A DNA stretch of 20,000 nucleotides from an uncultured virus (IMG/VR IMGVR_UViG_3300027759_000081) (lineage: Duplodnaviria > Heunggongvirae > Uroviricota > Caudoviricetes): the IMG/VR virus record IMGVR_UViG_3300027759_000081. One strand, 5' to 3'. The translations under genes were made by a program, and so were the position numbers. This document shows, one piece after another, positions 16,239 to 20,000 of the stretch (positions within the stretch are counted from its first letter, which is position 1; each line of letters starts with the position of its first letter). The notes below the pieces were generated by a model that did not search any database, was not told the origin of the DNA, and saw only the letters and a program-made list of their open reading frames with translations.

Positions 16239-18784
16239 TGGCCCGTAAATCCGTATCTGATTGTACCAAAGGGATCAAGTCCCTTGTCCGTGATAAGAAA
16301 ATGACCGACGTCCAAGCCGACGAGCTTGTAGTACGCATCAATAATCTTGCCAATAATCGCGTGGTTAAAACCAAAATGAAACTTGAAGACGCCCTTAAGG
16401 AAATTGAAGGCGAAATCATAAATTCAGTAAAGTTTGAAGCCAAGGTTAATGAGCGTAATCGGTTGTTGACTATTAACGCAAAACGTGAGGTAAAAGAAGC
16501 AGTTAAGAAATTTGATACGTGGGGCGAGGGACTTCAGTCTCTTCTTGAAGGGGGAAACTTATCTAAGCCAGGTGCACGACTCAGCGTAGACTACAAAGCG
16601 CGTGCGATGTACAATCAGTATTTCGGATCGTTTATTGCAGAGATTGAACAGCTTGGAATAATGAGAGAGTTCAGATCAGGTAAACTTGATCGTGAGATTT
16701 ATCAGGAAATTTCAGAGCTTAATAAGAAAGGTGGAACACCAGGCATATCTAAAAATGATTCTGCTCTTAAGATTGCTAGTTCATACAATCGTGTCCGCAA
16801 AGAAATGGTGTCACGTCAGAACAGAGCTGGTGCATACATTCGTGATCTTGACGGTTATATCATGCGTCAGAGTCATGACACTGGAGAAATTCAGAAATTA
16901 GGTAGAGATGCCAATGGCAAGTTAAGCAAAGCTGAATCCTTTAAAAAGTGGTATCAAGTTGTGCTTCCGCTACTTGACCATCAAGCAACCTTCAGAGGAC
17001 TTCCACCTAAAGACTTCATGGAAAAAGTTCACGAAAGTCTTTACACTGGAGTTCATGGAGCCCCATCTGGTGAAGCCGAGATTGCTGAGTTCTTTGCTCA
17101 TGGATCTATGGCCCGTTCAGCTTCCGCAAGCAGGGTCTTACACTTTAAAGATGCCAATGCTTCGTTTGAGTACAATCAGATGTTTGGTTCTAAAAACTTC
17201 TCTGATGGTCTTCTAAACGATATGCTGTTCCGTTCACGTAACATCACGATGATGGAAACGTTTGGACCGAACCCTAAGCAAACATATCAAGAGATTGTTA
17301 ACGATCTTCGCAAGGAGGCGCGCACTCGTGAGGACGCCGCTGAGCAAGTTAAGCGCATAGACGACTGGCGTGTTAAAGCAGCATGGTCTGAAGTATCTGG
17401 TGAGAATGAATATCCTGCCAACATTACGCTAGATAAAATTTCTAGTAGTATAAGGATTGTAACTCAACTATCTAAAATGGGTGGAGTCGTTCTTAGCTCT
17501 ATGGGCGATAAAGCATTCTTACAATCTGAGATGTCATTCCAAGGACTTTCTCAAATGGAAACGTTTGGCAAGAACATTACGGGTATGTTTGCTCGTTCTC
17601 CACAGCAAAAAGAAATTCTTCATCAAATGGGTATCGGTCTTGACTCCATGATCGGCAACACTCTTTCTCGATATACGATTCACTCTCAAGGAATGGGAGC
17701 GCTAAACAAGGTCCAGCAGAAATTTTATAGCCTTAACTTCATGAACTGGTGGAACGATGTTCACAAGTCTACTGCAGGCGAATTGATGGCAAATAACCTT
17801 GGTCGTAATACAAATAAGGCGTTCAAAGATCTTGATCCAGACCTTTCCAGAACCCTGTCCCTGTACGACATTGGTGATGTAGAATGGGAAGCTTTACGTA
17901 AGAGTACGGAAAAGGCACCTAACGGGGAATTTTATGTCACACCATCATCCATTCAAAGTCTCCCGTTAAATGTCGTGGATAACCTCGTTAACGCAAAAGG
18001 CTGGAAGGTGACACCCCAAGCAAGGACAAGGGCGCTTGATCAGCTTGAGCAAAAACTAAGGACTTACTTTACAGACCGCATTGACTTGGCTGTTCCTACT
18101 CCCGGTGCTGCAGAACGGAAGTACCTTACTTTTGGTACACAGGCTGGTACACCATTAGGTGAAACCATGCGCATGCTTAGTATGTTTAAGTCGTTTCCAG
18201 TAACTGTTCTAAGAAAAGTCATTGGACGTGAAGTCTATGGTCGTGGATCAAATACAATAAGCGACTGGCTTATGAACGACCACAAAGGTAAATTTGCTTT
18301 GGCCCAACTTATTGCCATGACTACAATCGGTGGATACCTATCAGGCATACTAAGAGACACTGTTAAAGGACGCACACCGAAACCATTAGTTATGGATGGT
18401 GGTATTAACTGGGATACGGTAAACGATGCTTTCCTACGTGGTGGTGGTGCTGGTATCCTCGGCGATTTCTTATTTACAGAATACGACCAGAACTATAACA
18501 CGTTTACTGGTGCTATGGCTGGACCTGTATTTGGACAGTTAGATCCAATCACGTCAGGGTTTGCCAAAGCAATTCGTGGAGAAGATCCAACTAGGGATAT
18601 ATCGAACGTCGTAACAAACAATACTCCTTTTATAAATTTGTTTTACATCCGTCCTGTCATTGATTATTTTATCCTCTGGAACATGCAGGAAATGATGAGC
18701 GAAGGTTTCGTCGATCGCATGGCAGAATCAGTTGAAGAACAAGGGCAAGAATTTATTATCGATCCAAGAGACGCAGTAAAATGA
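16238..18784 (+). CDS. Large internal virion/ejection protein (T7 gp16 position)
   Basis: 848 aa helical. GYIMRQSHD, RVLHFKDA...YNQMFG, FGPNP, GT..GE..R...MFKSFP, RGGGAGILGDFL, NTPFINLFY resemble the last ejection protein of BPP-1/epsilon15-like phages. Confidence 0.8.
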   Translation: MARKSVSDCTKGIKSLVRDKKMTDVQADELVVRINNLANNRVVKTKMKLEDALKEIEGEIINSVKFEAKVNERNRLLTINAKREVKEAVKKFDTWGEGLQSLLEGGNLSKPGARLSVDYKARAMYNQYFGSFIAEIEQLGIMREFRSGKLDREIYQEISELNKKGGTPGISKNDSALKIASSYNRVRKEMVSRQNRAGAYIRDLDGYIMRQSHDTGEIQKLGRDANGKLSKAESFKKWYQVVLPLLDHQATFRGLPPKDFMEKVHESLYTGVHGAPSGEAEIAEFFAHGSMARSASASRVLHFKDANASFEYNQMFGSKNFSDGLLNDMLFRSRNITMMETFGPNPKQTYQEIVNDLRKEARTREDAAEQVKRIDDWRVKAAWSEVSGENEYPANITLDKISSSIRIVTQLSKMGGVVLSSMGDKAFLQSEMSFQGLSQMETFGKNITGMFARSPQQKEILHQMGIGLDSMIGNTLSRYTIHSQGMGALNKVQQKFYSLNFMNWWNDVHKSTAGELMANNLGRNTNKAFKDLDPDLSRTLSLYDIGDVEWEALRKSTEKAPNGEFYVTPSSIQSLPLNVVDNLVNAKGWKVTPQARTRALDQLEQKLRTYFTDRIDLAVPTPGAAERKYLTFGTQAGTPLGETMRMLSMFKSFPVTVLRKVIGREVYGRGSNTISDWLMNDHKGKFALAQLIAMTTIGGYLSGILRDTVKGRTPKPLVMDGGINWDTVNDAFLRGGGAGILGDFLFTEYDQNYNTFTGAMAGPVFGQLDPITSGFAKAIRGEDPTRDISNVVTNNTPFINLFYIRPVIDYFILWNMQEMMSEGFVDRMAESVEEQGQEFIIDPRDAVK

Positions 18785-19305
18785 TAAGCAACACAGTAAG
18801 AGTAGCACAGTATGTCGGCAACAATGTTGCTACGGTATTTGCTATTTCTTTTCCATTTTATTCTAACTCCCATATTTATCTTTACACTGTAGACACTGCA
18901 GGCGTTCAGGTAACTTTAACTCTTGGAACAGACTACACACTTGCCGGCCTTAACAACCCTGCTGGTGGAACAGCAACCCTTACTGTGGCTCTCCCATCCA
19001 CCAAGACCCTGACTATTGCTCGCATAGTTCCATACCAGCAACTTACTAATTATATCAATAATGACGCCTTCGATTCAGAGGCTCATGAGATACGAATGGA
19101 CCTTATAGTTCAGATGACGCAGCAACTAGCTGCACAATCTAACTCTTTAAAGTTTCCAGTAACTGAACCCCTTAGCAATTCAACCACATTGCCCACAGCA
19201 TTTAATCGGAAAAACAAACTTGTTTATTTTAATGCCTCAACAGGTGAGATGACCCTCTTGTCTGTTAACGATCTTGCAACCCTAATCGCTGCTATTATAT
19301 TATGA
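18781..19305 (+). CDS. Tail-fibre attachment domain protein (T7 gp17 N-terminal-like), stand-alone
   Basis: YVGNNVATVFAISFPF, LTLGTDYTL, LTIARIVPYQQLTNY, AHEIRMDLIVQMTQQL. The ORF ends after 174 aa without a receptor-binding domain. Confidence 0.8.
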   Translation: MISNTVRVAQYVGNNVATVFAISFPFYSNSHIYLYTVDTAGVQVTLTLGTDYTLAGLNNPAGGTATLTVALPSTKTLTIARIVPYQQLTNYINNDAFDSEAHEIRMDLIVQMTQQLAAQSNSLKFPVTEPLSNSTTLPTAFNRKNKLVYFNASTGEMTLLSVNDLATLIAAIIL

Positions 19306-19586
19306 ATCTAAATACGAACAATCCAATGACTGCTAACGGTGATTATGACATCATTGTTAAACCTGGAAAAGCCTTGCTGTTTACCCTTAAACATACTTTT
19401 GGTGGGGCAACAGTTGCTATGACTGTAAAAAGTGACATAGTTAACGAATTTGACAGTGTTACTGGTGGATCGTGGACCACACATACAGAACAAACGTTAA
19501 TTCCATCTGGATCTTTAGTCCGTCTTACTGTTACTAACGCTTCTGGTACTACTGAAATTCGCGCAAACTTTGTCCCAATCTCCTAA
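19302..19586 (+). CDS. Small beta-rich hypothetical protein in the tail-fibre region
   Basis: 94 aa, coupled by ATGA and TAATG overlaps. Alternating hydrophobic strands (TFGGATVAMTV, VRLTVTNASGTT). Confidence 0.7.
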   Translation: MNLNTNNPMTANGDYDIIVKPGKALLFTLKHTFGGATVAMTVKSDIVNEFDSVTGGSWTTHTEQTLIPSGSLVRLTVTNASGTTEIRANFVPIS

Positions 19587-20000
19587 TGTTATTCGGTAAA
19601 GGAATGCTTAACCCTTGGCAACCCCGTGCTAATGCCTTAATCGGCACAGGCGTTATTGGAGGGTTGCATCCCGGAAGGATTCCTGGTCTTTACACAACTA
19701 CTGCCGCCGTTAGTCCCGATGCCGCCTACATTGCTGCCCTAACAGCCGCAGGTGCTACCGTTACCGCACCAAAGCAAGCGGCCATATCGTCCTTCATCTC
19801 TGGCGAGATTGCGGCAGGACGTTGGGATAAGCACAAGCGTCTCTACTTCCCAGTCTGGCAACTTGCAGCGGCAAACGCGATCTGCATGAAGTCACTAACC
19901 AGTGGCACGTTTGTTGGATCAGTTACTCACGCGACCAAAGGTATTGTCACGGGTTCAAATGGCAGGATGAACACCAACACTAATTTGGGTGCATTGGATA
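19586..20000 (+). CDS. Putative tail fibre/receptor-binding protein, 3'-truncated by window edge (not in ORF track)
   Basis: ATG at 19586 overlaps the upstream TAA. The frame is open to the window end: MLFGKGMLNPWQPRANALIGTGVIGGLHPGRIPGLYTTTAAVSPDAAYIAALTAAGATVTAPKQAAISSFISGEIAAGRWDKHKRLYFPVW... Function is inferred from position. Confidence 0.6.
   Translation, partial: MLFGKGMLNPWQPRANALIGTGVIGGLHPGRIPGLYTTTAAVSPDAAYIAALTAAGATVTAPKQAAISSFISGEIAAGRWDKHKRLYFPVWQLAAANAICMKSLTSGTFVGSVTHATKGIVTGSNGRMNTNTNLGALD

Noticed and set aside
1..20000. Alternative genetic code, tRNA genes, DGR or integrase, and the remaining short overlapping ORFs in the track
   Set aside because: The standard code gives a gapless set of full-length genes. 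No cloverleaf, RT or recombinase motifs were seen. The short ORFs lie within or across well-supported genes and have no independent support.

Overview
This window is the virion morphogenesis module of a short-tailed (podovirus-type) dsDNA phage or prophage. All genes are on the + strand and are tightly packed or overlapping. Order: terminase small subunit (3' end), terminase large subunit, two small ORFs, portal, small conserved ORF, scaffold, then a sigma70-type promoter and structured leader, major capsid, decoration-like protein, terminator, tail adaptor, nozzle, GNAT-like protein, four putative ejection proteins, a stand-alone tail-fibre anchor, a small ORF and a truncated putative receptor-binding ORF. 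The layout resembles BPP-1/epsilon15/T7-type modules. The most unusual element is the 1064-aa putative ejection protein (13044-16238). It carries two ADP-ribosyltransferase-like domains and an HExxH metallopeptidase domain, and the second ART domain is bracketed in frame by a 23-bp direct repeat (22/23 identical). All family assignments come from motif recognition and synteny by eye; no searches were run.
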